From the NCBI GenBank assembly GCA_052161645.1, contig CP197414.1: 64,000 bases of DNA; one strand, 5' to 3'. This stretch comes from Planctomycetaceae bacterium SH139 (GTDB lineage Bacteria > Planctomycetota > Planctomycetia > Pirellulales > Pirellulaceae). The notes under the pieces were generated by a model. The model was not told where the DNA came from and made no database searches. It saw only the letters and a program-made list of their open reading frames with translations. Positions 48,016-58,762 of this stretch are shown here, piece after piece; the stretch's first letter is position 1, and each line of letters starts with the position of its first letter. Both the position numbers and the translations under genes were made by a program.

Positions 48016-49095
48016 CGCTTTGCGCCTGAACTCTACTTGACGCGACGTTGCGGCAGCCTGTTGTCACACATCCCCGCCGACGTGCCAGTCTTTGCTTTTG
48101 ACGATCATCCGTTTCAGCCCCGCCTAAATTGGCCCGGACGCTGGCATCACCGTTTGGTGCGCAGGCTCCGCGATCACATCCTGGCGCGACAAATCGAAGT
48201 CGTCTATGACCGCACATTTCACATGTCCTTGCTCGCCGGCCCAGCCTGTGGTCGCGACGTGCCTCGCGTTGCCACCATCGTCAGTCCGCCCGATCAAGAT
48301 CTACCAGCCAGCGAATCACGTTTCTTGACTGCCAAGCGCCGACGCTTGGCGAAATCTTACCGCCAAGCTCAGCACGTGTTGGCCGTCAGCGAGGCTGTGC
48401 GGCAAGCAGCGATCGCATACTACCAATTGCCCCCACAGCATGTGATCACGGTTCATAACCCAGTCGATCGTGCCGCCCTCTTGGCCAGCCGCCAAGCGAT
48501 CAAACCAGCGACAGACGCCGCTCCTTCGACCACTTCGCGCGACCAGCTGCGGATTGCTTGCATCGGTCGCATGAGCCATGAAAAAGGGCAAGACGTGCTG
48601 CTGCACGCGATCAGCCTGCTGCAACGTAACGAACCGACGACAGCACCGAACATCAGCGTTTACATGATCGGCAACGGACCTCAGCGACTAGCCTTGGAAC
48701 AACTGGCCGAGGAATTGGGCATCAAGCAGCAGATTCACTTTACCGGCCAACGCTCAGACGTTGCCAGCTTGTTATCCAGCTGCCAACTGCTAGTCAGTCC
48801 CTCGCGGTACGAAGGCCTCTCCAACGTGATCTTGGAAGCCTTTGCGCTGGAAGTCCCCGTGATCGCCACGTCGGTCGGCGGAAGTCCCGAATTAGTCCAA
48901 CACGGCGTCACCGGTTTATTGATTGCCCCAGATCAGCCAGCGAAACTCGCCGCAGCCATCGAACACATGTGTCATCAACCGCAGCAAGCGGCGGAATACA
49001 GTCGCCGGGCGAGGGAACTGGTCAGCGGAAAATTTTCTCTGCAAACCTATCTCCACAAAATCGAGCAGCTGTTGCTCTCGGCAGCCGCGGTCTGA
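47911..49095 (+). CDS. Glycosyltransferase family 4 (GT-B, group 1). Start probably MSLRVML at 47923.
   Basis: N-terminal GGSEQ. C-terminal EGLSNVILEAFALEVPVIATSVGGSPELV (E-x7-E motif). Confidence 0.85.
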   Translation: MNVHMSLRVMLMAGSMEAGGSEQQTLLLLQHLNRQRFAPELYLTRRCGSLLSHIPADVPVFAFDDHPFQPRLNWPGRWHHRLVRRLRDHILARQIEVVYDRTFHMSLLAGPACGRDVPRVATIVSPPDQDLPASESRFLTAKRRRLAKSYRQAQHVLAVSEAVRQAAIAYYQLPPQHVITVHNPVDRAALLASRQAIKPATDAAPSTTSRDQLRIACIGRMSHEKGQDVLLHAISLLQRNEPTTAPNISVYMIGNGPQRLALEQLAEELGIKQQIHFTGQRSDVASLLSSCQLLVSPSRYEGLSNVILEAFALEVPVIATSVGGSPELVQHGVTGLLIAPDQPAKLAAAIEHMCHQPQQAAEYSRRARELVSGKFSLQTYLHKIEQLLLSAAAV

Positions 49096-49099
49096 ATCG

Positions 49100-50422
49100 T
49101 CAACTGTCGACCGGCTTGGCCTGCGGTTTGGCAACAGGCCGTCTTTCTTGAGCAGTTGTTGCTGGAGAGCCTGTTTCTGGGGTTCCTGCTGGCTGAGTCT
49201 TCGCTTTATCCGCAGCGGTTTCAGCGCGGGCTTTGCACAGCACTTCCAGCTTTTCAATTTGCCCCTCGAGCGCGGCCAAATCTTTCAACAATTGCTCGTG
49301 TTGATTCCGCAGACTGGCTAAACGTTTCTCGGGACGAATGCGGAACAGCCGCTGGGCCAAATCAAACAACACCAAAGCCCGCAGCGCCTTGGTGGAAACA
49401 CCTCGCAACCGATAAACCCTGGCCATTTTGGTCAGCTGTTGGACCTTAGCCACTTTTGCCAGACGAGTCGCTCTTAGGACTTGCAATGATCGCAAGAATG
49501 AAATGATCGGCAACAAGATGATGGCCAGATCCAACCAGTGCTTTTTGCAATACGCTAATTTTTTATCGGCGGCTGAAATCATCACAATGAATTCAGTCGT
49601 AAACGCAAACCAAATCAAGCCGGTGCTAAAATGCAAGCCGTAGCGGAGCGCTGGATAGCGATCAACTTGTTCTTTCAGAAAAAACTCAATCCCCAAGACG
49701 GGTAAAATGAGCACGGCGATACCCAACATGGGAATGCTGAAAAATCGCACCAGAGCCTCACGTAGCTGGTCATTGGGTTGTTGCCAGCCAACCCAAGGAA
49801 ACCAAATGGCCTCGCCCATTTCGGGAGAACGTAAACACATCCGCAAGGGCGGGAACAAACAACAACTCATCGCGTGCAAGTGTTGTCGACGCTGCCCCAG
49901 CCCGCGTGGTCGAATCAACCAATAGAGCACTGCTTCGGCAATAAACAACGGCCAAATCGCCAGCATGAACCAGCCGGCGAACTGTGCGAGCGCGGCGACA
50001 GGAGGTTCCACCGACAAAGTCAGTTCGGCCGGCGGCTCGGCAGCCTCATCGGCAGCCAAGCCAGTTGCTGGCCTTGCTGTCATATTGGCCGCTGGCGTTA
50101 CATCGGCCGCTGGCGTTCCTTCAACCGTCGGCGTTATACCCGCCGCTAGTTCGCCGTCCGTCGCAGCGTTAGCTAGTTGCTCATCGAGCGCACGTTCGCT
50201 CAGCGAAGGCATATCGACAAAGATCACCACCAGCGTTGCCAGGGCGAGCAAAAAAGCGACGGCCAAGCCGAACATCGCGGGCGCAACCAGCACGGCGAGA
50301 CGTCGTCGCCTTTGCGGTGAATTAAAGAGCGAGAGCTTCACGCGACCAGAAACCGTTGCACGCGGTGATTGTTGGAATCCAATACAAAAAGTCTTCCTTG
50401 CGAATCGAGCACGACGCCCCAA
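49100..50422 (-). CDS. Ion-transport (voltage-sensor-like) membrane protein with C-terminal coiled coil. The 5' end overlaps the NHL gene 3' end by 85 nt, so the true start is probably internal.
   Basis: S4-like helix LRSLQVLRATRLAKVAKV with Arg/Lys every third residue. Multiple TM helices. Confidence 0.5.
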   Translation of the reverse strand: MGRRARFARKTFCIGFQQSPRATVSGRVKLSLFNSPQRRRRLAVLVAPAMFGLAVAFLLALATLVVIFVDMPSLSERALDEQLANAATDGELAAGITPTVEGTPAADVTPAANMTARPATGLAADEAAEPPAELTLSVEPPVAALAQFAGWFMLAIWPLFIAEAVLYWLIRPRGLGQRRQHLHAMSCCLFPPLRMCLRSPEMGEAIWFPWVGWQQPNDQLREALVRFFSIPMLGIAVLILPVLGIEFFLKEQVDRYPALRYGLHFSTGLIWFAFTTEFIVMISAADKKLAYCKKHWLDLAIILLPIISFLRSLQVLRATRLAKVAKVQQLTKMARVYRLRGVSTKALRALVLFDLAQRLFRIRPEKRLASLRNQHEQLLKDLAALEGQIEKLEVLCKARAETAADKAKTQPAGTPETGSPATTAQERRPVAKPQAKPVDS

Positions 50423-51384
50423 GGTTGATAGAATTCTCCCTCATCGTGACCGGGACGGCCCACGATCCCCAATGACTCACCAGCGGGTGTAAACCGCTGC
50501 ACCCGCTGGTTGCCATACTCGCAGACATACAACATGCCTTGAGAGTCGAAGGCCAGATCATAAGGATAATATAACTGGCCCGGTTGCTGACCTTCACTAC
50601 CCCAGATTGCCCGCAGCGTCGGTTTGCCACTGACGTCAAAAACCTGAATGCGGTGGTTGCAGGCATCGGCGATCCAAAGCGTTTGGCCGTCATCGCTGAG
50701 CACTAAACTTTGAGGCCTCACAAAACTCCCCGGTTCCCTCCCCGTACCTCCCCAAGCGTCCACGAAATTGCCCTGTGGGTCAAATCGTTGGATGCGATCG
50801 GAATCTCCATACTCACCCACGTAAGTGACCCCTTCACGATCACGAACCGCATCGGTCACGAAGGCGAATTGGCCTGGCTGGTGCCCCTGCACTCCGCCGA
50901 TGGTTTGTTTCTCCAGCGGTTCACCGGTGAGCGTAAAGACTAACATCCGGTAATAATGCGTATCGGCCACCAGCAATTGATCATTGGCATCGACCGCTAG
51001 GCCGGTGGGACGCCCATACTCGGTCTTGGGCATCTTCCAGCCCCGCAAGTAGTTGCCATCGCCATCGAAGACTTGGATTCGACCAGTGGTATCAACCAAG
51101 TACAAATGGTCATGGCGGTCGATCGCGACGGCGCGGGGCTTGAGCACGCGACCGGGACTCAATCCCCGCCGCCCCCAGACCGCATCGGGAGTGACGCGGC
51201 CCAGGTCACTGGGCGGCCCCAGACAGCCGGAGAGTGTCAGCAGGGAAGTACCCACTGCGGAGGCTCCCAGAGCCAGCGTGCTCTGCTTGAGAAACAGACG
51301 GCGACTGTTCTCCGGACCGGACATTGGCTTCCCGACCTCTGAATCCCCAAACTCTGGTGAATTTTCTTGCGACGGCGGTTTCAT
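50338..51384 (-). CDS. Tat-secreted NHL-repeat beta-propeller protein
   Basis: Twin-arginine signal SRRLFLKQSTLALGASAV. Repeated NHL-like blades (HLYLVDTTGRIQVFD, TLWIADACNHRIQVFD, RLFVLDSNNHRVQRF). Confidence 0.8.
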   Translation of the reverse strand: MKPPSQENSPEFGDSEVGKPMSGPENSRRLFLKQSTLALGASAVGTSLLTLSGCLGPPSDLGRVTPDAVWGRRGLSPGRVLKPRAVAIDRHDHLYLVDTTGRIQVFDGDGNYLRGWKMPKTEYGRPTGLAVDANDQLLVADTHYYRMLVFTLTGEPLEKQTIGGVQGHQPGQFAFVTDAVRDREGVTYVGEYGDSDRIQRFDPQGNFVDAWGGTGREPGSFVRPQSLVLSDDGQTLWIADACNHRIQVFDVSGKPTLRAIWGSEGQQPGQLYYPYDLAFDSQGMLYVCEYGNQRVQRFTPAGESLGIVGRPGHDEGEFYQPWGVVLDSQGRLFVLDSNNHRVQRFLVA

Positions 51385-51448
51385 ACCAGACGAAGGGGCT
51401 CAAGTAATGAATTGGAGGTGTTTGATCGCGTGACGTTCACAGCGACGA

Positions 51449-51524
51449 CAGGTCGGGCGATCACAAGTCGGGTCACGGCAAGTCGGGTCACGGCAAGTCC
51501 GGTCACGGCAAGTCCGGTCACGGC
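51449..51524. repeat. Intergenic tandem repeat, 15-bp unit aagtcgggtcacggc x4 (plus a degenerate leading copy), in the divergent promoter region
   Basis: aagtcgggtcacggc / aagtcgggtcacggc / aagtccggtcacggc / aagtccggtcacggc at 51465-51524, preceded by acaggtcgggcgatcac. Confidence 0.85.
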
Positions 51525-51665
51525 GGGAACGAACTGTGTCGCCTGGGCGTATCACCGCAGTTGTTGCCGAAGGGCTACTCCCTTAGAATACTCGATTCGG
51601 TCTTCCCTTGTTCCGCCGATCCCTTTGCTCACTCTCGATTTGCCCTGCTTGGCGAACACTAGTCT

Positions 51666-52802
51666 ATGGCGAACATTGTTGATTTGCGGCGGGCTGATGA
51701 CCCCAGCGACATGGTCCACCGAGCGGTGCAAGTGTTAGCCGAGGGGGGGTTATTGGCTGTACCGACCGACACCACCTATGCGTTAGCCGCTTGCGCCCTT
51801 TCGCATGAACCGGTGGCTCGCATGCTCGACGTTTTGGCTCAAATCTCTCCGCAGCCACCCACCGGTCCGATTTTAGCAGTTCCTAGTGCGGAAGCTGCGT
51901 GGGACTACATCAATCCGCACCAACCCCTCGCCAGGCGTTTGGCGAGGCGTTGTTGGCCTGGTCCAATTACACTGGAGTTGGCTTGCGGTGCCGCCGATTC
52001 CGCCGCCATGCAATTACCGGAATCGCTTCGCGTGGCGTTCATGGATGCCGACGGCTATTTGCCGATGCGTGTCGTGGGGCATCCGTTTATCCAGCAATTA
52101 CATCGTTTTTTGGCGGGTCCGATCGTGCTGGCCGGCACTTATTCCGAGGGCGAGAAACCGCACACCACTTGCAGTCAGTGCGCCGCAGCGACTGGGGATC
52201 GCATCCCCCTGCTTCTCGATGACGGCCCGACACGTTACGGTGGTCCAGCTACTGTGGTTCGTGTAGTGGACAATAGTTACAAAATACGACTTGAGGGCGT
52301 TGTGGAATCGGGGGCAATCGAAAAATTCGCGAAACCGCTGGTTGTGCTGGTCTGCACCGGCAATACCTGTCGCAGTCCGATGGCTGAGGTCATGCTGCGA
52401 CAGCGATTAAAGGGAGCCACCGAGGGCGAAGACGCCGTGGGTGTGGTCAGCGCCGGGATCGCCGCTTTCCAGGGGGATCAAGCCAGCAGTCAAGCGGTCG
52501 AAGTGATGGGCAAGCGAGGTTTGGACTTGACGGGACATGCCAGCCAGCCGATGACCGAACAGTTGTTACAATTAGCAGACGTGGTGCTGACCATGACTCG
52601 CGGGCACCGGGAAGCGATTCTGATGCGATATCCAGAAGCGGCTGACCGCGTGCACACCTTGCGAATTGACGGCGGCGATATTGCCGATCCGGTCGGAGCA
52701 CCACTTGAGGTTTACCAACAATGCGCTGACCAGATCGACAGCCAACTGGAGATATGGGTCGAGCGTTTGCAAGATCAGTGGAATACTGGGACAGGGCTAT
52801 GA
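51666..52802 (+). CDS. Fusion protein: L-threonylcarbamoyladenylate synthase (YrdC/Sua5-like domain) + low-molecular-weight protein phosphatase (LMW-PTP/arsenate-reductase fold)
   Basis: YrdC-like LAVPTDTTYALAACA. C-terminal LMW-PTP P-loop VLVCTGNTCRSPMAE and DP general-acid motif DIADPVGAP. Confidence 0.85.
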   Translation: MANIVDLRRADDPSDMVHRAVQVLAEGGLLAVPTDTTYALAACALSHEPVARMLDVLAQISPQPPTGPILAVPSAEAAWDYINPHQPLARRLARRCWPGPITLELACGAADSAAMQLPESLRVAFMDADGYLPMRVVGHPFIQQLHRFLAGPIVLAGTYSEGEKPHTTCSQCAAATGDRIPLLLDDGPTRYGGPATVVRVVDNSYKIRLEGVVESGAIEKFAKPLVVLVCTGNTCRSPMAEVMLRQRLKGATEGEDAVGVVSAGIAAFQGDQASSQAVEVMGKRGLDLTGHASQPMTEQLLQLADVVLTMTRGHREAILMRYPEAADRVHTLRIDGGDIADPVGAPLEVYQQCADQIDSQLEIWVERLQDQWNTGTGL

Positions 52803-53263
52803 TGCGAATCAGCTTGGGAAGTGATCACCGCGGCGTCAGCATTCGCCCCCGCTTGATCCAAACGTTAGAAGCCAACGGGTTCACATGCTGTGACGAAGGT
52901 ACCTCCACCACGGCCGCCTGCGACTATCCCGATATTGCCGCCGTCGTAGCCCGCAAAGTCAGTTGTGGAGAAGCCGATCGCGGCATTCTGATCTGCGGCA
53001 CCGGTTTGGGGATGGCGATCACGGCAAATAAATTTCCCGGCGTTCGCGCGGCTCCCTGCTACGAAAAAGTCATGGTCGAAATGGCTCGACGCCACAACGA
53101 CGTCAACGTGCTCTGTTTGCCCGGTGACATGATCGGCGATCGCCCCATCGACGAACTTGTCCTGCTGTGGCTCAACACCGAATTCGAGGGCGGACGCCAT
53201 GCCCGCCGTGTCGAAAAAATCTGCCAAGTGGAACAGAGCAACATCAGCCAAATCTCCAACTGA
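52799..53263 (+). CDS. rpiB: Ribose-5-phosphate isomerase B (RpiB/LacAB family). ATG overlaps the upstream stop (ATGATG).
   Basis: MRISLGSDHRGV. ILICGTGLGMAITANKFPGVRAA. Active-site Cys context. Confidence 0.85.
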   Translation: MMRISLGSDHRGVSIRPRLIQTLEANGFTCCDEGTSTTAACDYPDIAAVVARKVSCGEADRGILICGTGLGMAITANKFPGVRAAPCYEKVMVEMARRHNDVNVLCLPGDMIGDRPIDELVLLWLNTEFEGGRHARRVEKICQVEQSNISQISN

Positions 53264-53295
53264 GGCACAGCCAGTCAAACCGGCCAACACGGCCC

Positions 53296-54459
53296 TCAGA
53301 ACGTTGACTTGGGTTGATAACCGTAGTCAGGCGACTGCATGGGAACAGCATTAGGGTCGCTGATCGGTTGGCCAGTCATCAACAGGTAACCCACCGCGCC
53401 GAAAACCAACATCAACGGCTCGGTGGCGACCATCCCGATACAACAGGTCAACAGCACTGGCACGACCATCAGGGCACGCACAATCCACCACAGCAAAAAC
53501 CCGTTTAACAGGTTCTTCGTGGCAATCTGCAAAGCGGTCCCCATGCTGCCACTCTCCTCGTTGCGGTTGTCCAGTGCCAAAAAGAACTTTGGCCAGACAA
53601 ACAGCAACACAATCGCGTTCAACAAACCGCTGCCAAAAGCGATCCCCATGGAAACGAACACCAACTCCGGGTCGCCCTGCAAGTTCTGGCCTGGCTGATT
53701 CGGCTGCAACTGAGAACTGGCAATCTGGCTGACGAGCGTCAGCACGAAAAAAGGAATCAAGACTGGGATCAGCTTGACGAAAATCGAAACCGGCATGAAC
53801 ACGTGGGCTGGCGATGCCTGTTCATTGCGGCAAACCTTTAACGCCAGGTTACCGAGCCCCAGCCAGATATACCAACTGAAGATCCCAATTACGAACGTTA
53901 GCGCCATGGTGATCAAGTTTTGTGCGTCTTGATCAATTCCGCCACCTATCATGCTAACAACGCCGGTGATGATGCCCACTACCATACCGAAACCGATTGA
54001 AACCGCGATGTAGATCAGCCCACCCAGCACCAAGGGTTGCCAGCGAGCGGTAAAAATCGCCCAACCCAAGCTGAAAATCTGCTCCATCCTGGCCCGCTGA
54101 ATCATCAAATCGCCACGCGGCAGCGCCTCTCCCGCGAGACCCTCTCCACCACTCCCCGAAGCGAAGGCGTAAGGATTATTGCCAGCCTCCGAGTCACCCG
54201 CCTTGCTGGCACCGACGGGCGGCAGTGCGGAGCTGGGCGTGGTTGACTGGGGAACGGTAAACGAGCCCATTTGCCCGGGACCGCTATCGATTTGACCTCC
54301 GGCTGCTGGCCCGCCATCCGCTGACTCGCCTGGCCGATCTTGTTCGGGGACACGAAAAGTATGCTGGCAGGCTGGACAGCGGGCCATCCGCCCCACCGCC
54401 GAAGCGGGTAGCTCGAGGGTCGATTGGCATTGAGGGCAAGCTTGTCGAATCGTATCCAT
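53296..54459 (-). CDS. Membrane protein with N-terminal zinc-ribbon (two CxxC pairs), Gly/Ser-rich linker and polytopic C-terminal domain
   Basis: CPQCQ...CPACQ at the N-terminus. GGPAAGGQIDSGPG linker. ~6 hydrophobic helices. Confidence 0.55.
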   Translation of the reverse strand: MDTIRQACPQCQSTLELPASAVGRMARCPACQHTFRVPEQDRPGESADGGPAAGGQIDSGPGQMGSFTVPQSTTPSSALPPVGASKAGDSEAGNNPYAFASGSGGEGLAGEALPRGDLMIQRARMEQIFSLGWAIFTARWQPLVLGGLIYIAVSIGFGMVVGIITGVVSMIGGGIDQDAQNLITMALTFVIGIFSWYIWLGLGNLALKVCRNEQASPAHVFMPVSIFVKLIPVLIPFFVLTLVSQIASSQLQPNQPGQNLQGDPELVFVSMGIAFGSGLLNAIVLLFVWPKFFLALDNRNEESGSMGTALQIATKNLLNGFLLWWIVRALMVVPVLLTCCIGMVATEPLMLVFGAVGYLLMTGQPISDPNAVPMQSPDYGYQPKSTF

Positions 54460-54768
54460 GTGACTGTTCTGCGTCGCTGATCGGAGGCTAGCTGGCGTTG
54501 TGACTGCAAACGGAGTTTAGCTTATCGTCATGCGCCGGCGGGAGGTGATTGAACCAAAATGACCGTTACTAGGGGGAGACATCGGTGTGGCGAGTTAGCA
54601 TCGGTGAGAAAAAAATCTATCAATAGGAAGCGTAAATCCCGCAGCAAAGCCTCCGCATTCGCGTTGGCACCCTCCCGCAACGGCCGGTTTTTGTTATGTT
54701 TTTCGGGGATTTAGTGCTCTTCTTGAGCAAACACGCGGATCAAAACGCCAAAAAATGGAAACTTCGCC

Positions 54769-57700
54769 GTGCCCGCACGCGCCGACATTAAAAAAATATT
54801 GCTGATTGGAAGTGGCCCGATTGTGATCGGCCAAGCTTGCGAGTTCGATTACTCGGGCACGCAAGCCTGCAAGGCGCTCCGCGAAGAGGGTTACGAGGTG
54901 GTGCTGGTCAACAGCAACCCGGCCACCATCATGACCGATCCCCAAACGGCAGATGCGACTTACATCGAGCCGCTGACTTGGCAGATGGTCGAAAAGGTCA
55001 TTGAACGCGAGCGGCCCGACGCTTTACTGCCGACGCTCGGTGGTCAAACCGGCTTGAACTTGGCAATGGACCTGTCCGAGCACGGCGTGCTCGATAAGTA
55101 TGGCGTGGAGATGATCGGAGCCAACGCCAAGGTAATCGCCAAAGCCGAGGAGCGCGACCAATTCAAAGCGGCGATGGAGAAGATCGGGCTGGATGTCTGT
55201 CGCGGGGAAACCGTGCACACCCTGGAAGAAGCGCGCACCGCTGTTACCGAGATCGGTCTGCCCTGCGTGGTCCGCCCCAGCTATACGCTCGGTGGCTCCG
55301 GTTCGGCAATCGCTTACAACCGAGACGAATTCGATGACTTGGTCAAGAATGGACTCGATCAAAGCCCGGTTCGCGAAGTCTTGATCGAAGAATCGATCAT
55401 TGGCTGGAAAGAATATGAAATGGAGGTCATGCGAGACCTCGACGATAACGTGGTGATTATCTGCGCGATCGAAAACTTTGACGCCATGGGGGTCCACACC
55501 GGCGACTCAATCACGGTTGCTCCGGCGCAAACCCTGACCGACAAAGAATATCAACGCATGCGAGTCGCTTCGCTGGCGGTGATCCGTGAGATCGGGGTGG
55601 AGACCGGGGGCAGCAACATTCAATTCGCGATCGAACCGACAACTGGTCGCATGATTGTCATCGAGATGAACCCACGGGTCTCGCGAAGCAGCGCGCTAGC
55701 CAGCAAAGCGACCGGTTTTCCGATTGCCAAAATTGCCGCCAAACTGGCTGTCGGTTATCGACTTTGGGAATTGCCCAACGACATTACACAGAAGACCAAA
55801 GCCTGCTTCGAGCCGTCGATCGACTATGTCGTCACCAAGATTCCTCGCTTTGCTTTTGAGAAATTTCCCGAGGCCGATGCCACGCTGACCACGCAGATGA
55901 AAAGCGTGGGAGAGACGATGGCGATTGGGAGAACGTTCCAAGAATCGCTGCAGAAGGCGCTGCGAGGATTGGAAATCGGCGTGTTTGGCTTGGGCGCCGA
56001 TAGCAAAGATCGCTGGGGCTCGGAAACGCAACCCGACATGGATGAAATTCGGGCTCGCCTCAGCACGCCCGGCGCGGGACGCATTTTCTTTATTCGCTAC
56101 GCCATGCTGGCCGGCATGACCCAGGAAGAGATCTACGATCTCACGCATATCGATTATTGGTTCCTTGATTCGATTGCCCAATTGATTGAGCTGGAATCGC
56201 AATTGCGGAACGTGGGCACCCTCGATCAACTGACTAAGGAACAGATCCTGATTGCCAAGCGGGCCGGTTTTTCCGATCGTCAACTGGGCACGATCTTCCA
56301 TAAAACCGAGCTGCAAATCCGCGCTCGCCGCAAAGAACTGGGGGTCCTGCCAGTCTTTAAGAGCGTTGATACGTGCGCCGCCGAATTCGAAGCAGTCACA
56401 CCTTATTTTTACAGCACCTACGAATCGGAAAGCGAAGTCCCAGCGAAGTCATCCAAGCCGCGAGTGATCATTCTCGGCGGTGGCCCCAACCGCATCGGTC
56501 AAGGGATTGAGTTTGATTACTGTTGCTGTCACGCCAGTTTCGCGCTGCGAGAAATGGGCGTGGAAAGTGTGATGGTAAATAGCAACCCGGAAACGGTCAG
56601 CACCGATTACGACACCAGCGATCTACTCTTCTTCGAACCGCTCACGATCGAAGATGTGCTGAATATCTGCGATGAGATCAAGCCCGACGGCGTGATCGTC
56701 CAGTTCGGTGGCCAAACGCCGCTGAATCTTGCTCGCGGTCTCAAGGATGCCGGGGTCCCCATCATCGGCACGTCGGTTGAGACGATTGAGTCGGCCGAGG
56801 ATCGCGAACTGTTCCAACGAATGATCGAAGAATTGGGCTTGCGGCAACCACCGGCTGGCATCGCCCGCACGATGAGCGAAGCGCGGGGCGAAGTCAAACG
56901 GATCGGTTACCCCGTGCTTGTGCGACCAAGCTTCGTGCTCGGCGGTCGCGCCATGGAGATCTGTTATGACAAGTTTCAATTTGATCGCTTCGTCGCCGAG
57001 GCGTTCGTGGTCGCTGAAGGTCAACCGGTGCTGATCGACCGCTTCCTGGAAGATGCCACCGAGGTCGATGTCGACGCGCTCTGCGATGGCGAAACCTGCG
57101 TGGTGATGGGCATCATGGAGCATATTGAAGAGGCGGGCGTTCACTCGGGGGACTCGGCCTGCGCGATCCCACCTTTTGATCTCGCTGAAGAGGTGCTGGA
57201 AACGATTCGCCAAGCCACTCAGCAACTGGCCAAGCGGCTGAACGTGATCGGCCTGATGAATATCCAGTTTGCCATCAAGCAGGAAGATTCGGGACCGGTT
57301 GTCTACATCCTCGAAGTCAACCCGCGGGCCAGCCGCACGGTCCCCTTCGTGGCCAAAGCCACTGGAGTGCCCGTCGCCGGTTTGGCAACTAAAGTCATGT
57401 GGGGCAAAAAGTTGACCGAGCTGGGGATTACCAGCCAACCGATTCCCCGCCACGTCTCGATCAAAGAAAGCGTCTTCCCGTTCCGAAAATTTGCCGGCGT
57501 CGACATTGTCTTGGGACCGGAAATGCGATCCACCGGCGAGGTGATGGGGATCAGCGAAACGTTCGCCATGGCTTTTGCCAAAAGTCAGTTAGCTGCCGGG
57601 ACCGTGCTGCCTACGACCGGAAACGTCTTCCTCAGCCTTTCGGCGCGACACAAACCCCATGTGCTCGAAATCGGCCGCAGCTTGATCGAACTCGGATTCT

Positions 57701-58029
57701 CTGTGTTGGCGACCACCGGCACCGCCGATCGGCTGGAAGAAGCCGGCTTGCCCGTGACCCGCGTTCGTAAGATTGCCGAGGGACATCCCAACTTGATCGA
57801 CTACCTCAAGAACGAGGATGTGCACTTGGTGATTAACACCCCCAGCGGCAAGGGCGCGCGGACCGACGAAGGAAAAATTCGCGCCACGGCTGTCCAGCAT
57901 GGCATCCCCTGCATCACCACGATCACGGCCACCCTAGCCGCGATACAAGGCATGGCGGCGGAACGCGATTCCTCGATGACCGTCCAGTCGCTTCAGGATC
58001 GTTACGCCGAAAAGCCTACGTCGCCCTAA
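54769..58029 (+). CDS. carB: Carbamoyl-phosphate synthase large subunit
   Basis: 1086 aa. Duplicated ATP-grasp halves ([23 protein letters not shown] and [22 protein letters not shown]). MGS-like C-terminus. Confidence 0.97.
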   Translation: MPARADIKKILLIGSGPIVIGQACEFDYSGTQACKALREEGYEVVLVNSNPATIMTDPQTADATYIEPLTWQMVEKVIERERPDALLPTLGGQTGLNLAMDLSEHGVLDKYGVEMIGANAKVIAKAEERDQFKAAMEKIGLDVCRGETVHTLEEARTAVTEIGLPCVVRPSYTLGGSGSAIAYNRDEFDDLVKNGLDQSPVREVLIEESIIGWKEYEMEVMRDLDDNVVIICAIENFDAMGVHTGDSITVAPAQTLTDKEYQRMRVASLAVIREIGVETGGSNIQFAIEPTTGRMIVIEMNPRVSRSSALASKATGFPIAKIAAKLAVGYRLWELPNDITQKTKACFEPSIDYVVTKIPRFAFEKFPEADATLTTQMKSVGETMAIGRTFQESLQKALRGLEIGVFGLGADSKDRWGSETQPDMDEIRARLSTPGAGRIFFIRYAMLAGMTQEEIYDLTHIDYWFLDSIAQLIELESQLRNVGTLDQLTKEQILIAKRAGFSDRQLGTIFHKTELQIRARRKELGVLPVFKSVDTCAAEFEAVTPYFYSTYESESEVPAKSSKPRVIILGGGPNRIGQGIEFDYCCCHASFALREMGVESVMVNSNPETVSTDYDTSDLLFFEPLTIEDVLNICDEIKPDGVIVQFGGQTPLNLARGLKDAGVPIIGTSVETIESAEDRELFQRMIEELGLRQPPAGIARTMSEARGEVKRIGYPVLVRPSFVLGGRAMEICYDKFQFDRFVAEAFVVAEGQPVLIDRFLEDATEVDVDALCDGETCVVMGIMEHIEEAGVHSGDSACAIPPFDLAEEVLETIRQATQQLAKRLNVIGLMNIQFAIKQEDSGPVVYILEVNPRASRTVPFVAKATGVPVAGLATKVMWGKKLTELGITSQPIPRHVSIKESVFPFRKFAGVDIVLGPEMRSTGEVMGISETFAMAFAKSQLAAGTVLPTTGNVFLSLSARHKPHVLEIGRSLIELGFSVLATTGTADRLEEAGLPVTRVRKIAEGHPNLIDYLKNEDVHLVINTPSGKGARTDEGKIRATAVQHGIPCITTITATLAAIQGMAAERDSSMTVQSLQDRYAEKPTSP

Positions 58030-58046
58030 GCTCCGTGAAAATAAGC

Positions 58047-58685
58047 CTAAGTCGCCTTTGCCTCTTGCCGCATGGCCCGCGTCGCCAGTACCAGTTCGAC
58101 AAAGTCGTACACCGCGTGCGCGACAATCGGGACGAGGAGATTTTCGCTCCAGATCAAGAGCATGGCGAAATAGATACCCATCAAACCGGTGACCACGATG
58201 TAAGCCGGAGAGATCGGATGCGCCAAACCAAAGGCCACCGAGCTGAACACGACGGCGATCGCCAGTGACGAAGTATCCCAGTCGGTGACCGCCCCGGCCA
58301 AGCCCATAAACAGCCAGCCGCGAAACAACATTTCCTCGCCGACCCCGGCGCACATCGAGACGATTGCCAACTCGGAATTGCGGAGATGAAGCATCAACCC
58401 GATCACACGTTCTTCAGTCACTTTCTGCAGGTCGCGAATTGCCTTGAGGGGTAACTTCTCCAGCAACTGAACGGCCAGCACCATCGGCACGGCTGCCAAC
58501 ACGCCCCACAGTAATCCGCTGCCGAGCCCCAGATAATCAAACCAATCGGGAACCAACTCACGAGGATCGGGACCGAAGATCACGCCCAACACCAGCGCAA
58601 CCAAGCCAAGCCCGAGTTCCATCAAAATGGCAACTCGCAAAAACCCCTCGGGGGTCTGTTCTTCAGGCTCGAAATCATCATCCAT
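58047..58685 (-). CDS. CPBP-family (CAAX/Abi) intramembrane protease
   Basis: Motif 1 EEMLFRGWL. Later FGLAHP and a conserved His helix. 212 aa, polytopic. Confidence 0.8.
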   Translation of the reverse strand: MDDDFEPEEQTPEGFLRVAILMELGLGLVALVLGVIFGPDPRELVPDWFDYLGLGSGLLWGVLAAVPMVLAVQLLEKLPLKAIRDLQKVTEERVIGLMLHLRNSELAIVSMCAGVGEEMLFRGWLFMGLAGAVTDWDTSSLAIAVVFSSVAFGLAHPISPAYIVVTGLMGIYFAMLLIWSENLLVPIVAHAVYDFVELVLATRAMRQEAKAT

Positions 58686-58762
58686 TCGGCAGGTTTTCCT
58701 AAAACGTTTCCCAGTGGAACATCGCGTGTCCCAACATCGGCACCCTTAAGGCAAATGTCGCA

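Noticed and set aside
51449-51524. Possibility that the 15-bp repeat arrays (here and at 7683, 21889) are CRISPR arrays
   Set aside because: The units are only 15 bp, directly abutting with no unique spacers. Two of the three are in-frame inside CDSs. No cas genes nearby.
51367-51738. 123-aa ORF encoding VTASRVTASPVTASPVTAG across the 15-bp intergenic repeat
   Set aside because: The periodic peptide is a direct consequence of translating the tandem DNA repeat. The ORF overlaps the start of the YrdC-like gene and lies in a divergent promoter region. Treated as non-coding.
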